From Octopus vulgaris (Eukaryota), in the NCBI GenBank assembly GCA_951406725.2, contig OX597815.1, forward strand, positions 20,522,001 to 20,586,000: DNA of 64,000 bases, written 5' to 3'. The notes below the pieces were generated by a model that worked only from the letters and a program-made list of their open reading frames with translations, was not told the origin of the DNA and searched no databases. Position numbers and translations under genes: made by a program. This document shows positions 40,561 to 55,574 of the stretch, piece by piece. Numbering within the stretch: the stretch's first letter is position 1; every line of letters begins with the position of its first letter.

Positions 40561-41574
40561 AAACAGATTGTTATCTTTAAAAAAAAAACAGCATTACTTT
40601 CGTAGTGATTTTAAAGCTGAATTAATGCCTCGTAAGAGAGCTGTGTTAGTCCTGTATTATTGTAAAAGCTAAAAGACTGTAATTGATATCGAATGTTTAC
40701 AACAAAGCAGCAAATTCGTGAAAACTAATATGGAAAAATATATTGAATATATTTAAAAATTGACTAAATCTACTGCCTATCCTACGATATATATATTTAA
40801 AATCCAGTTTAATGAATATGTCCTCCCCATTGCCATTGCAACTTTATATATGTTTATATCAGTTGCATTCTTTTAAACATATCTGTGTATTCTATATTAA
40901 TACAATTAAAGCTGAAGACACTGATCGTTTGAAGACTTTATTTGTTGTTTCTTTTTATTAACAGAAACTGAGTTCACCAAAAGTTATTTCATAGGCAAAT
41001 GCTTTCACCGAAACTTATATGTTTACATTGATATTGCAATACATATATTTTGATATATTCAGCTCCTTTTCCTGTTTGAATTGAATATTCTTTTAGTCTT
41101 TTACTCGTTTCAGTTATTGCAATGTAGTCATATTGGGGCACCACCTTCAGGGGGCATTATCGGGTTTAAGGATCTCTGAATGCTACATAATCACACCACA
41201 TCATGAATATATTGAATTTAATTCGAAATGTTTTAACAGTAGATAGATCCAAACCTTCGGCTACGTAGGAAAAGGTACCATATATTTAAAAGTGATGAGT
41301 TGAACACGAACGCTACGGAATCGAAAAAAATTTCTTTTGTTTTTTTTTTTGACCAAGAAGACTTATGATCATAATGTTCCCCAACTATGACGATCTTGTC
41401 TTATTTTTAGACAATGAATCCAGGATCACATCAACCAGTATGTACTTTCTCAAGACGGTATGACATGAGTTGAGAGAGATTTGGCTACTATTTCTAGAAA
41501 GTCAAGCAACCACTTAGAGAATCCTTCGTTGGAACGATATAAAATTGCTGCTGCTGCTGCTGTTGCTGTTGCTG

Positions 41575-41932
41575 TTGAGCGAACGGTCTTCGTCCCAGAG
41601 CTCGTAAGATAGGAAAAGTCCGAAACGTGGTCCTTTGCTATTCGTAAGACCCGCAGAAGGGAAAGCAGGTCAACCCCCGACACCGAGAGCATCGACGGAT
41701 GGATGAATGCGCATCCAGGCTCAGCGGTTGCGTAGGAAGTCGGAGACAAGAAACAGGAAGAAAGAGTGAGAGAAAGTTGGAGCGAAAGAGTACAACAGGG
41801 GTCACCACCACCCCCTGCCGGAGCCTCGTGGAGCTTTAGGTGCTTTCGCTCAATAAACACACACAACGCCCGGTCTAGGAATCGAAACCGCGATCCTCCG
41901 ACCGCGAGTCCGCTGCCCTAACCATTGGGCCA
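41575..41932 (-). mobile_element. SINE with family C head and alternative tail ending in (CAG/CAA)n
   Basis: 41750-41932 matches the family C 5' half; 41575-41750 is unrelated to the family C tail. Confidence 0.85.
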
Positions 41933-43432
41933 CTGGAACAATAAGAAAAAAGAAAAAAACTCTAAACCTTCAACACATTTTTTCTTTCACCTCATTATCC
42001 TATATTCGAAAATTATTTACAGGCGATATAAAATATTAACAGTACCAGTATAAAATCTGTATTTCGCAAAAGTATATTTATAAGAAATGCATTTAGAAAA
42101 ATGTATTTGCAATGCTGAGGCAAAATTTAGTCTTAAATAAAGAGGATAATATAATTTGGCAACTTTATTCGTATTAAAAATAGCTTTACTAACTAAATTT
42201 GTAAGTGAATAGATTAAACAAGGTAAAGAGCAGTGAACAATAGCTGTGCACTCGTCAACCACTTCACATTGAACAATTCAATAATGAAGTTGCACATTGA
42301 ATACCATCACTTATCTTAGGACGTCTTCACCTTCAGGTTTTCCGTTTAAAATGAAAAAAACGTAACCACAGAGGAAGAGAAGAGAAGAAAGAGAGAAAGA
42401 GTGTGAGAGAGAAAATATAATTAAGTTAAAAGATCTGTGTGTGTGTGTGTGCGTATAGATATAGATGTATATATGTATATATGTATACTCACATATGTGT
42501 GTATAGTTAATGCAATCTTCACCACAAGCCTTCAGCAGACCTCTTCAAATAAGTTTTAAAAAATTTAAGAACGGAGTAATGATGAGTTGAGAGTATGTTC
42601 TGAAGTAATTCTGCTCTTTTGACCTTGTGCATTGCTACAAGGGATCTGTAAAAATGTAGAAATACACTAAAGAAGACAATCAGTTGAAGAATGCGAGGAA
42701 AAATATCGAGAAAAAGAATAGAAGAAGGAAGAAAGAAACGATGAGAAAATTTGGAATTTAATAAGCGAATTTTCTGTTCTTTAAAAAGGCAAATAACGGA
42801 TGTGTAAATAGTTCTTGTGGAGGGAGACAATGGAATGTGTGTATGAAAACATATTTTGTATTGGTGTAAGAGATGTCGTTTTTTAGTTAGAAATGTACGG
42901 TAAAATGGTACATATTCAGTAACTATGGGAACGTGACAACATAGTTGAGATCATTGTGTTTGTCTACGAATGGAATATTGAATATTTACAAATGTTAAAA
43001 GACGAATTAGGTTGACCATTATTCTTCATCCAGCTTTTATTATCAACTTTCAACCAAGTTGCAAGCCAAAAATTTTGATCTGAGTATAACTTTCTCCCTT
43101 TCACCCAACCGTGTCATGGTCTTTGAAGAGGGTATTAGCGATTCTATTTCTCTTTAATCATGATTAAAAATAAAAACAGCGAATAAAGGGAAGATGCTAT
43201 TAAAACATAACAAGTCTGAGGGTTTAAAAATTAAGAACGCTTGGACGTTTGATATGATATTTGGTGTTACCGTGGTTAAAACCAAGATTTGTCAGTCTGT
43301 GATATTTAAATCACCAAATGTAATTGAAACAGATAGAAGACAATGTTCTAGAAGAGAACAGCTTTATTTTTACTTCATCTGAAGCCTTAAGTTACACGCA
43401 TACATATACACACACATACATACATACATACA

Positions 43433-43466
<34 letters not shown>

Positions 43467-43639
43467 CATACATACATATACACATACATACAGACGTACG
43501 GACATGCGTGCGTACATACATGCATGTATGTATATATGTGTATATCCATCTCTCTCTCTATATATATGTATGTATGCATGTGTGTATACACACACACATA
43601 CACACACAAATATATATGTATATATATATATATATATAT

Positions 43640-43726
<87 letters not shown>

Positions 43727-43744
43727 CATACATACATATATATG

Positions 43745-43782
<38 letters not shown>

Positions 43783-45769
43783 GCAGTCATGAATAAATTT
43801 ATTTTGGTGGTTATTAGCATGCGTAAAGGCAAACCTGTCAGTGCTACTCATTATTTGTTTATGTTTTCTCAAGTATTGGCACCGATCTGTTGACCTGTAC
43901 CATACTCTGTCTTATAGCTTGAAACATTGTCCAAAGTAATTTCGTCACTGCGTTACAGTTAGAGATATATAAAAAAGGTAAAAATATATATATATATATA
44001 AATATCAAAAATAAACGAAAAATATATTTGAGAAGAGGCGAAGGTCTCAGTGTGTCACGAGGTTACTGTAAGATCGATCATAGGATTTTTCGACTAATTT
44101 AACACCCATGACATCTTTTCAGTTTTTATAGATTAACAATTGCTAAATCTTTTTTCTTCTCTGAGAATAATATTGTTTATAGAAACAATTCTGTTTTAGA
44201 TGTAAGCATTTGATTAATTCGACAAATCTTACGGTAATAAATCATCCATTATCAATTCAGAGAAACATTACCTATCTACCAATCAATCATTCATAAAACC
44301 TACCATCCTAGTCACCTATTTATACGCACGCATATGCGACATACACACCGCACAGTTACATACAGATACACATATGTCTAGGAATGTGTATGTGTGCTTG
44401 CATAGAAGTTGCAAATCATTAAAAAAGGAAAAAAAGCAAAACGAGAAAAAATGTCTGCATCTTATTTCGAAGTTTTTTCTTCTAAATTCTTTATCTTTGT
44501 TATGTTAGTGTTGTTTTTGTGGTGGCTGTAATCAACTTTTGTTTAACTTTTCTTTGATAAATAAACTTCATGGTAGATATTGACTGACTGAGACCCAGTC
44601 TTCACTCCAGAACTTTGCCATGACCCTAGTTCTATCATGGCGCCCAGCTTAACACAATTTCCTGATACATTCATTAGCTGAGAGAAGTCCAAATTGCTGC
44701 AAGTATTCTGACCAGATTTTCGACCCCCACCTTCCTGTCCAATTTTTTTCTGCTGATATTTATCATCACATGTTCAGGCTGGCCATCAGCCTGCAAGATT
44801 GTAAAACAGTCTACCAGTCTGAAGTGGAGTTGTGTGAGGGTGCAAAGATCTTAGGTATTGTCCCACCTCCTCTCACTAACTTGTCAAAATACAGTTGAAA
44901 AGCAAAGGGCATGCTATGAGGGAAGGACTGTATTATACTTTATTCCAAACAATATTATTGGTTTGAATGTTTATGAGTGCAGGTATGGCCGTGTGATTAA
45001 GGAGTTCGCTTTGCAGTCACATCCTTTCGGTTTCGATCACATTTTGTAAAAGCTCGGATAAAAGCCTTCTACCTTGGCCTCGAGTCGACCAAAGCCTTGC
45101 AAGTTAAATTTGATAAAACGGAAACTGCTTGGAAGCCCTCGAAAGAACTGCTCCTGCTATTTTGTATTAGACATATTCAGTCGACCGGTTTAAGTCCACC
45201 ACGTTCTTAGATACGTATCGTGCCACTAATAATATAGTTGCCGTAGAATATCAAGCAATGCGATTCACTGTTGTGCTCAAAATTATACAAATACAGTATT
45301 TTGTAACAATTATATTTTACATTTTATAATTATGCAAAATTCTATAATACCTAATTAATTTAAAATCCATACCAGAATCGATGTAGTTGGTGTTGCTTTT
45401 GCTGTTGTTCGTTATAAAGCGGTTTTTTTAAAAAGATGATTGAGTGTGGCCAAGGTGACGAATTGGCAGAATCGTCGGATCATTTCATAGAATGTCGCGC
45501 GCTACTGACGCCAACACTCTGCATTTTGGGTTCAAAACCCGCGGAGATCAACTGTCTTTCATCCTTGCAAGGTACACGAAAAGACGTACTAATTCAGAGC
45601 GATGTACATGCAGAACTGTCAGAAATTACATGTGCAACCAATTCCGGCCCTTTGTGTTCTGATAGCAACGTCTACGAGGACACTGGTGGCAAGCTGTATC
45701 GGCCCTAAGATGGCGAGCCTTCTCTTGCACAACATCGGTGGCACTGACAGGAGATGCTTGTCTTCTACA

Positions 45770-46103
45770 AAACAAATCTTGCTAGAGCACGGTGTTCGTA
45801 TAACTTATTTTTGGCAGAGAAATGGGGTTCTACAAACGTATTTTTCTGTTGAAGGCCCGCTTTGCTTTTGCAGTAACATTCGAATGTTTATCACAAAATC
45901 CTGCAGAGTGGCGTTTGTTTACTAACTCTTCAAAACGAAGTTTAAAAGCGGTACTTCTCCATAATAGTAATTTGAATTCCTATTGCACACTCCGTTCATC
46001 TTCATGAATCACATGAGAACATGGAACTTTTACTTTATGCCATTGCCTATGAAAGATACTCATGGAAAATATGTAGAGATTTAAAAGTCATTGGAATTAT
46101 GTT
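45770..46103 (+). mobile_element. Chapaev3-like (CMC) transposase relic
   Basis: Frameshifted PAEWRLFTNSSKRSLKAVLLHN, IPIAHSVHLHESHENMELLL, WKICRDLKV; family assignment is from recalled motif similarity. Confidence 0.75.
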
Positions 46104-46356
46104 CACAAGTATTCCAGGCGTGACTACCCCATAATTTTAAGGGTATGTAGGGTTATGATATTTACTGTGCCATTTTAAAAAATCTTTTAGTAGCCAGGGA
46201 TACTTAGCTCTATTTCTAACAAATTGAACGACCATATAGAGTAACTTAACTTAGAGGTACTTATTGTTATAATTGTTATTTAAATAAACTAAATAAAATA
46301 TGACATTTTTCTTACACTACACACGCGCACACATACACACACACACTTTCTCTCTC

Positions 46357-46392
<36 letters not shown>

Positions 46393-46534
46393 ATAAATTA
46401 GAGATAAAATCACTATTATGCAACTCAAACAGTGATAAACATAAACCAAAACATAAATAACAAATAAAATATAATTTTATAAAACATATAACTAGATCAT
46501 AAAAATGAATGATCATATATATATATATACATAT

Positions 46535-46594
<60 letters not shown>

Positions 46595-47595
46595 GGAAAG
46601 GCAGATAGATAGACAGACAGACAGATAAATAGATAGATATACTGGGGTACTGTCATCAACTGTTTTCTGTCAATCATATCAATCCAACGAATTAATGATT
46701 TATGACTTATTTCAGTCTAGTATTTATGTTAACCATACCTATTTACTGAAAAGCTTAGTTACTATTTTTGATATAGAGAAAGGTAACTCGATACCCCTGT
46801 ATATACACTGGTTAGGATAAACACACACATATACATACCACATACATATTTACACTATAATATAATATAATACGCACACACATATACGGCGCACGCATAC
46901 AGACACGTACTCACATCCACATATATTTCAATAATAATCTTTCATGAATGTTTCTCGCAGAACTAATTTAGTTCCAATTCCTTGTTACGTGGTATTTTAA
47001 TTGTTATTTAATACACTGTTTGCGGAATTAATTAACTTTCAATTCAACAATGAAATATTCATTATATTGGAAAAACATTAATTTCTTTCTCACTATTAGT
47101 TTTGAATTTGATTACTCGATGGGTTTTGGTAGTTTTAGGTGATGTCAGAATAATGGAGTGTATGACCAAAATTACGACGATAACTAGTCACGGTTCTGTA
47201 AGTTCCGCGTTCGAATTAAGGTGAGATCAACTTTATTGTCTTGTTTCTGTATTTTGTTTCCTATCCTTATTTGCGAAAAACTTAGATGGCGGAAGATAGT
47301 GCCCATGACATTTTTCAGGTCCTTCGAAACTGATCAGAGCAAAGGAAGAGCGGATGTCATCTGCTGATCAGATCTGGCCTGAATGTTTGCAACAGAACGA
47401 ACTCTTTTGTATACCTAAACGAATACCTTTTGGTATACAAAGACCACATGGTGATATTATACTGGATTATGTGGATGTGCGTATATGTTTGCGTGTGTGC
47501 GCAAATGAAGACATACAATAGAAATACAAAATGGCTGACGGTTAGTAAGGAGAGACACAAATAAGAAAGAAGAAAACAAAACAAAACAAAACAAA

Positions 47596-47640
47596 GGACC
47601 ACTGATGCGGTCACAGGAGTGTGACGAAAGAACTCTGGCC
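47596..47640 (+). ncRNA. Variant minimal hammerhead motif in a probable pseudo-LTR (47560-47817)
   Basis: gaCCA-CTGATGCg-GTCACaggagtGTGAC-GAAA-gaac-TC-TGGcc; AATAAA downstream, then (TA)n. Confidence 0.55.
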
Positions 47641-47813
47641 GAAATAAGATTAAGATTAATATAAAAAATAAATAACACTGAAGCAAAGTAACAACAAATA
47701 TATAGTGCGTGTGTTTTTATTGGCTAAACTGGCAAAATGACCATTCCGAAATATAACAATATCTGTTTCAACACACAACTTCACATAAAAAATCTTGCAC
47801 AACAAATATTTAA

Positions 47814-47886
<73 letters not shown>

Positions 47887-47926
47887 TGTTACAAAAAGAA
47901 AATAGAAAATACACGTGGAAATGTAA

Positions 47927-48756
47927 AGGGAAAGTAAGAAGAAAAATGAACTAAAATGCACATTGGAAATAAAATAAAGTAAAAGCTTTTTTATGAAAAG
48001 TAACGATAGATATATGCAATTAGATGAAGGGAGGTAGGAATAAAAGTAATAAAAGTCATTATTGGGAATTGTTAAAGAGATTTAAAAGCATATCTTTTTC
48101 GTAAATTTACTAATCATTGCTTTGAATGCACCCAAAGCAATGATTAGTAACTTACGAAACCGGTATACTCTTTACTCTTTTACTCTTTTACTCGTTTCAG
48201 TCATTTGACTGCGGCCATGCTGGAGCATCGCCTTTAGTCGAGCAAATCGACCCCGGGACTTATTCTTTGTAAGCCCAGTACTTATTCTATCGGTCTCTTT
48301 TGCCGAACCGCTAAGTGACGGGGACGTAAACATACCAGCATCGGTTGTCAAGCAGTGCTAGGGGGACAAACACAAACACACAAACATATACACACACACA
48401 TATATATATATATATACATATATACGACAGGCTTCTTTCAGTTTCCGTCTACCAAATCCACTCACAAGGCATTGGTCGGCCCGGGGCTATAGCAGAAGAC
48501 ACTTGCCCAAGATGCCACGCAGTGGGACTGAACCCGGAACCATGTGGCTGGCTAGCAAGCTACTTACCACACAGCCATTCCTGCGCCTATATGCTTTTAA
48601 ATCTCTTTAACAATTCCCAATAATGACTTTTTTAACTTTTATTCCTACCTCCCTTCATCTAATTGCATATATCTATCGTTACTTTTCATTAAAAAGCCTT
48701 TACTTTTTTGATTTCCAATGTGCATTTTCGCTTATCTTTCTTCTTATTTTCTCCCT
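47927..48756. mobile_element. Fold-back pseudo-LTR-like element interrupted by a SINE
   Basis: Arms 47927-48093 and 48589-48756; central hairpin 48097-48159 ending in GAAACCGGTA. Confidence 0.72.
48166..48587 (-). mobile_element. SINE family B
   Basis: Full-length match to family B. Confidence 0.92.
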
Positions 48757-48766
48757 ATATATATAT

Positions 48767-48908
<142 letters not shown>

Positions 48909-48942
48909 ATACAAACACGTGCATACACACATGTATATATAT

Positions 48943-49251
48943 GGAGGCAATGGCAAAGTGGTTAGGGCAGCGGACTCGCGTTTGTAGGATCGCGGTTTCG
49001 ATTCCCAGACCGGGCGTTGTGAGTGTTTATTGAACGAAAACACCTAAAAGTTCCACGAGGCTCCTGCAGGGGGTGGAGACGATCCCTGTTGTACTCTTTC
49101 GCCACAACTTTCTCTCACTCTTTCTTCTGTTGACCTGCTCGCTTAGCCAGCGGGGTGGCGTCATTTGAAGGCTAAAACAATGCGAAGCGCACTGTGACCA
49201 GCGATGTGTAGCAACATCTGATAGTCTGGTCGGTCACAGTGATCACGGTGA
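48943..49251 (+). mobile_element. SINE with family C head and a third tail type
   Basis: 48943-49130 matches the family C head; the tail ...GGTCGGTCACAGTGATCACGGTGAT is distinct. Confidence 0.85.
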
Positions 49252-49469
49252 TATATATATCTAAATGTGTATATGGTATGTATATGTGTGTGCTTATTCC
49301 AACCAGTATATATACACGGGTATTAAGTTACCTTTCTCTATATCAAAAATAGTAACTTAGCCTTTCAATAAATAGGTAATAACATAAATACCAGACTGAA
49401 ATGAGTCACAAATCATTAATTCGTGTGATTGATATGATTGACAGAAAACAATTGAAGACTGCTCCAGCA

Positions 49470-49576
<107 letters not shown>

Positions 49577-49577
49577 G

Positions 49578-49655
<78 letters not shown>

Positions 49656-49675
49656 CGAACCTACCTATCACACAT

Positions 49676-49775
<100 letters not shown>

Positions 49776-51194
49776 ACTTATACATATATGTGCCCCAGCA
49801 TGGCCACAGCTCATAAGCTGAAACTAGAATCAATCAATCAATCAATCATATATATATATATATATATATATATTGTACTCGGTTTTAATCAACTAGACTT
49901 AGGATTAAACTATTCCAATGGTGACCACCTCGTTTTTTATTCATGTACACTGAACTTTGGATGCTTGGATACAACCATCTGGTCTTTGAATGCCTGTAAC
50001 GGAGTTCAGCCTGTTACAAACATTTGCACTAAGTTCTGGGTTTGGTAATAGGTCATGCCGCGTCCCCAACTATCTTGGAAATCCCGAAGAAAAAATTTCA
50101 AAGTAACTAAATAGTATAAAAATCGAAGACTACATTAACTAACGCGTCTTTTTTTTAAAGACGTTTTTTAAGACATAGTTAAATGAGAGAAATTTAGCTA
50201 CTCTTTCTAGTAAGCCGAGCAACCAAGTAGAGGATCCTTGACGACTCATTGATTTTGGATTTCTCTTTTGCAATGTAGATCAAATAAATACACATCAAAT
50301 ACAGAGAGCCACTCATTAAATAATATCCCATCTTGTGATTTTGTGACAACGTGAATATTATGGGTCTAGTGTCTACTAGTATAGTATTAAATCATATTCA
50401 AATAATTTAACAAAGCTTTCGAATATATGAAGGAAATTTTATGGTATAAGTCGAGAATAGATAGAAAGATATGATTGCGGAACACAGACCGAGCGTATAT
50501 AATTTACATAATTTGAATGAGTAATGAATAAAGTGAACAGTTTAGTTTGTAGAGTTTCATCTATCATCCTTGACACACATAGAGGAGAAGAATAGCACCT
50601 GCTATACTATACAATGACACCTATCATTGTAGTCACTAAGAAAGACATCGGCTTTCTGATAACATGTGTACGTTATTTGTGCAAGCTACTCGAAATTTCA
50701 ACTCGTTAACCGCAAACGTATTCGTCACGCTGCATATATAACTGTTTATCTGGAAATACGATTAGATTTTCAAAGGAAACAAAGAAGCCGGCAGCCATGC
50801 ATTGTAAAGGTGTTAGAATAGAAATTACTTTTACTCTACGTTTTTAATTTCTTCTGGGAAATTTCTATTGGGAAATCTCTTCAGTTTCAACCGATGAAAT
50901 AAAGAGAGAATGGAATTTTGAAGAAATAGATTCAGAGAAATGGAAGGTAAGAGAAAAATAAAAGATGTTAGAAATAATAAATAAATTAAAAATAAAAGTA
51001 AACAGATATTCCAGATAAATAAAAACAAAGCGGAAGCAAAGAAAGAAGAAGAAATTAGAAAGAGAAAAGATGTGGTTAGGTGTAAAAACCAAAAGAAGGA
51101 CGAGCTAAGACGAGTAGCAATTTTCGAGAGGACTAAACAGAAATGGAAATATTGTCAAAGGAGAAACCTAAGTGTAAGATGGCTGAAGGAAATC

Positions 51195-51255
<61 letters not shown>

Positions 51256-51292
51256 GTAATAATAGTAATAATAATAATAATAATAATAATAT

Positions 51293-51373
<81 letters not shown>

Positions 51374-51381
51374 TAATAATG

Positions 51382-51459
<78 letters not shown>

Positions 51460-51610
51460 GCATGCACTGCTCTCTCACTCAATAATAATAATAATAATAA
51501 TAGTAATAATAATAATAATATTAATAATAATAATAATGATAATGATAATAATATTAATGATAATAATGATAATAATGATGATAATAATAATAATAATAAT
51601 GATGATAATG

Positions 51611-51644
<34 letters not shown>

Positions 51645-51703
51645 TAATAATGATAATAATAATAATAATAATAATGATAATAATAATAATAATAATAATA
51701 ATG

Positions 51704-51738
<35 letters not shown>

Positions 51739-51775
51739 AATGATGATAATAATGATCATAATAACAATAATGATG

Positions 51776-51812
<37 letters not shown>

Positions 51813-51820
51813 TAATAATG

Positions 51821-51860
<40 letters not shown>

Positions 51861-51928
51861 TAATAATGATAATAATAATAATAATGATAATGATAATAAT
51901 ATTAATGATAATAATGATAATAATGATG

Positions 51929-51971
<43 letters not shown>

Positions 51972-52015
51972 TAATAATATTAATGATAATAATAATAATA
52001 ATAATGATAATAATG

Positions 52016-52055
<40 letters not shown>

Positions 52056-52087
52056 TAATAATGATAATAATAATAATAATAATAATG

Positions 52088-52118
<31 letters not shown>

Positions 52119-52154
52119 TAAGAACAACAACAATAATAGTAGTAGTAGTAGTAA

Positions 52155-52249
<95 letters not shown>

Positions 52250-52270
52250 ATAATAATAATAATAATAATA
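51195..52270. repeat. ~1.07-kb (AAT/GAT)n-(ACT)n compound microsatellite
   Basis: Read directly; contains a 21-bp family D 3' stub at 51460-51480. Confidence 0.95.
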
Positions 52271-52512
52271 GAAGGGAAGGGAAAAAATCCGAAAATAATA
52301 AACTATGCATATGTATATAAATATATGTACCTATATATGTGCATATATATGTTTATGTGTGTATAAATATGTATACATGTATATATATATGTATATATGT
52401 GCATATGTATACACACACACATAAGGCACGGAAGGAAGAAAATGAGTGAGCTAAAGTCACAAGAGAGATTAGCAATTGAAATCAAAGTGATGATATACAT
52501 ATATACATATAT

Positions 52513-52561
<49 letters not shown>

Positions 52562-52922
52562 CATACATAACATAAACACACATATATTCATATATATATA
52601 TATATATATGCATTCGCCTATAATGATATCTCTATACACAAATATTTACATATCTATTGCACATAGACACATACACGCACTTACATAATGCACACAAAGG
52701 TGTGTGTGTGTGTGTGTGTATGTGTGTGTGTGTGTGTGTATGTGTGTGTATGTGTGTGTGTACATGTGCTCATTTCTGTGTCTGTGCTTGGTGAGAGTTT
52801 TAGTGAAATGAAGAATATTAGATATACGGAAGAAAAAGAATAGTTTAAATGAAAAGTACGAAGCGTTGATATATACGGTTACTATATTTTACCTGTAAGA
52901 ATTCATTATTATTATTATTATT

Positions 52923-53370
52923 GGGCGAAATGCGTAGCCGTATTTCGTCTGTCGTTACGTTCTGAGTTCAAATTCCGCCGAGGTCGACTTTGCCTTTCAT
53001 CCTTTCGGGGTCGATAAATAAAGTACCAGTTTCCAACTGGACTCGATGTAATCGACTTAATCCCTTTGTCTGTCCTTGTTTGTCCCCTCTATGTTTAGCC
53101 CCTTGTGGGCAGTAAAGAAATACATTATTATTATTATTATTATTATTATTATGGCGGCGAGCTGGCAGAATCGGTAGCACGCTGGACGAAATGTTTGCGG
53201 TATTTCGACCGTCGCTACGCCCTGAGTTCAAATTCCGTCGAGGTCGACTTTGCCTTTCATCCTTTCGGGGTCGATAAAATAGGTACCAGGGAAATACTGA
53301 GGTCGATGTACTCCACGAGACCCCTTCCCCCAAATTTCAAGCCTTGTGCCTATAGTAGAAAGGGTTATTA
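52923..53370 (+). mobile_element. Two tandem SINE family A copies (52923-53122, 53153-53370)
   Basis: Family A consensus; the second copy has the alternative tail. Confidence 0.88.
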
Positions 53371-53465
53371 TTGAGGTTATTATTGAGGCGGTACCATAAC
53401 CAATGAGGGTTACCCGAGGCGTGGTTATTGCCGGATTTCATCCGTATGACATTCCGATGGTTCCG

Positions 53466-53991
53466 TTGGTTCCGGGTTCTGTCCCACTGCGTGGCATCTT
53501 CGGCAAATGTCTTCTACTATAGCCTCGGGCCCATTAAAGCCTTGTAAGTGAATTTGATAGACGGAAACTGAAAGATGCCTGTCGTATACATATTCTTTTA
53601 TTCTTTTATTTGTTTCGGTCATTTGACTGCGGCCATGCTGGAGCATCGCTTTTAGCCGAAAAAATTCTTTGTCAGCCTAGTACTTATTCGATCGGGTTCA
53701 TTTGCCGAACTGCTAAGTTACGAGGACGTAAACACACCAACATCGGCTGTCAAGCGATGGTGGGGGACAAATACAGACGAACAAACGCGCGCGCACACAC
53801 ACTCTCTCACACACATGTATATATATATATATATATACACGACAGGCTTCTTTAAATTTCTGTCTACCAAATCCACTCACAAGGCTTTGCTCGGCCTTAG
53901 GCTACAATAGAAGACACTTGGCCAAAGTGCCACGCAGTGGGACTGAACTTGGAACCATGTGGTTGGTACTTACCACAGAGCTACATATGCG

Positions 53992-53993
<2 letters not shown>
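53466..53993. mobile_element. Two opposed SINE family B copies (53466-53590 +, 53591-53993 -)
   Basis: Family B consensus on both strands. Confidence 0.85.
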
Positions 53994-54036
<43 letters not shown>

Positions 54037-54285
54037 GTGTGTGTGTGTGTGTATACATATATATGTATAGATATACATACATACAGATATATATATATAT
54101 ATCAATAATAATATAGGGTGAAATTAATTAATTTGGAATAATCATTAATTTCACCAAGTAGATTTCGGCATGTAAAAGCCCCATTCAAGGAAGGTTTAAG
54201 TAATACTAAGTAATTAACTCTTTGACTGCTATTTCTAAATTCGGTGTGTGGTGAGGCAAATCGTTGCTAAACCCTTAATTACTTA

Positions 54286-54351
<66 letters not shown>

Positions 54352-54737
54352 TCAATCCAAACATGAGCAAGCTAGAAAAAAACAACAACGCGAGGACGTG
54401 GAATAAGTACAGTGTTATTGGACGCTCAGGAAAGGAAAGGAAAGAAAGAAGATTTCACGTTTCTAGCGGAGCTCTTCGTCAGAAATATAGAAAAAGTCCA
54501 AAGAAGGGAAGACGGAGAAAGAAAATCGCCAACGATAATGTCGGTGCAGGTGTTATTGGTGGTGACAAAAGGAGAAAGGTGGAATTAGAAAGAAAATAGA
54601 TAGGAGGAGGAGAAAAAGTGGAAGAGTCACCGACAAATTGTGATGATCTCCAATCAAGATTAGAGTGGCGTAATCCGAATGAACGGGACCTTAATCCGTA
54701 TGTATAAGAATTCCAAGAATTGGTTCTCCAAAGTCAG

Positions 54738-54738
<1 letters not shown>
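54352..54738 (-). mobile_element. Penelope-like 3' end / pseudo-LTR with decayed hammerhead
   Basis: Homologous to 3574-3745; flanked by (TA)n on both sides. Confidence 0.65.
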
Positions 54739-54775
<37 letters not shown>

Positions 54776-54899
54776 CTGTTTTTGTGTCTCTGTTTGTCCC
54801 CCACTATCGCTTGACAACCAGTGTTGGTGTGTTTACGCCGCCGTAATCTACCGGTTCGGTAAAAGGGACCCATTAGAATAAGTACTAGGCTCCCTAGAA

Positions 54900-55202
54900 C
54901 GAAGGCAGGAAAGACATGCAGTAATATACATGAGCAAAAGCCTAGAACTTGTACCAAGCTTTAGCATTGTCATTTACAAAAACAGCAGAACCAAAGATCC
55001 CAACATTGGGTTTCAAGGGACCACAGCTCTTCAATGTCACCCCCACCACAAAAAAAAAAAAAAAAGCCTTAGAGAGCTACATGGGATGGATGTAGGTGTC
55101 TTCAAAACAAAACTGGATCTCCTCCAGTCAAGAGTTCCGGATGAACCTACCTCACGGCAAGAAACGCAGATAAGGGCAGCAACATCAAACTCCCTCATTC
55201 AC
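54900..55202 (+). mobile_element. CR1-group LINE ORF2 C-terminal relic
   Basis: LGFKGPQLFNV, LRELHGMDVGVFKTKLDLL..RVPDEP, RAATSNSL. Confidence 0.7.
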
Positions 55203-55311
55203 TTGCACTCGTTTGTTTTTTCACTTTTTTAATGTATGAAAAGGAAGGAAATAATAATATATCTCGTTATTTTTCCCGATATACATTATGCCTGTAAATC
55301 TGTCTATCTAA

Positions 55312-55368
<57 letters not shown>

Positions 55369-55535
55369 GTCTGTATGCTTGTCTGTCTGTTTATCATTCC
55401 ATCTTTTCATCCATTTATGACTAAGAGATCAGATGGTTGCTACACTTTAGTAATAGCACAGGCAACACGCATGTCGTATTCTCTCTCTCTTTCTTTCTTT
55501 CCTTCTTTCTGTCTGTCTGTCTGTCTGTCTCACTC

Positions 55536-55572
<37 letters not shown>

Positions 55573-55574
55573 TC

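Noticed and set aside
51307-52366. 337-aa poly-Asn/Asp/Thr and 276-aa poly-Ile/Met ORFs
   Set aside because: They are pure translations of an AAT/GAT/ACT microsatellite with no unique coding content.
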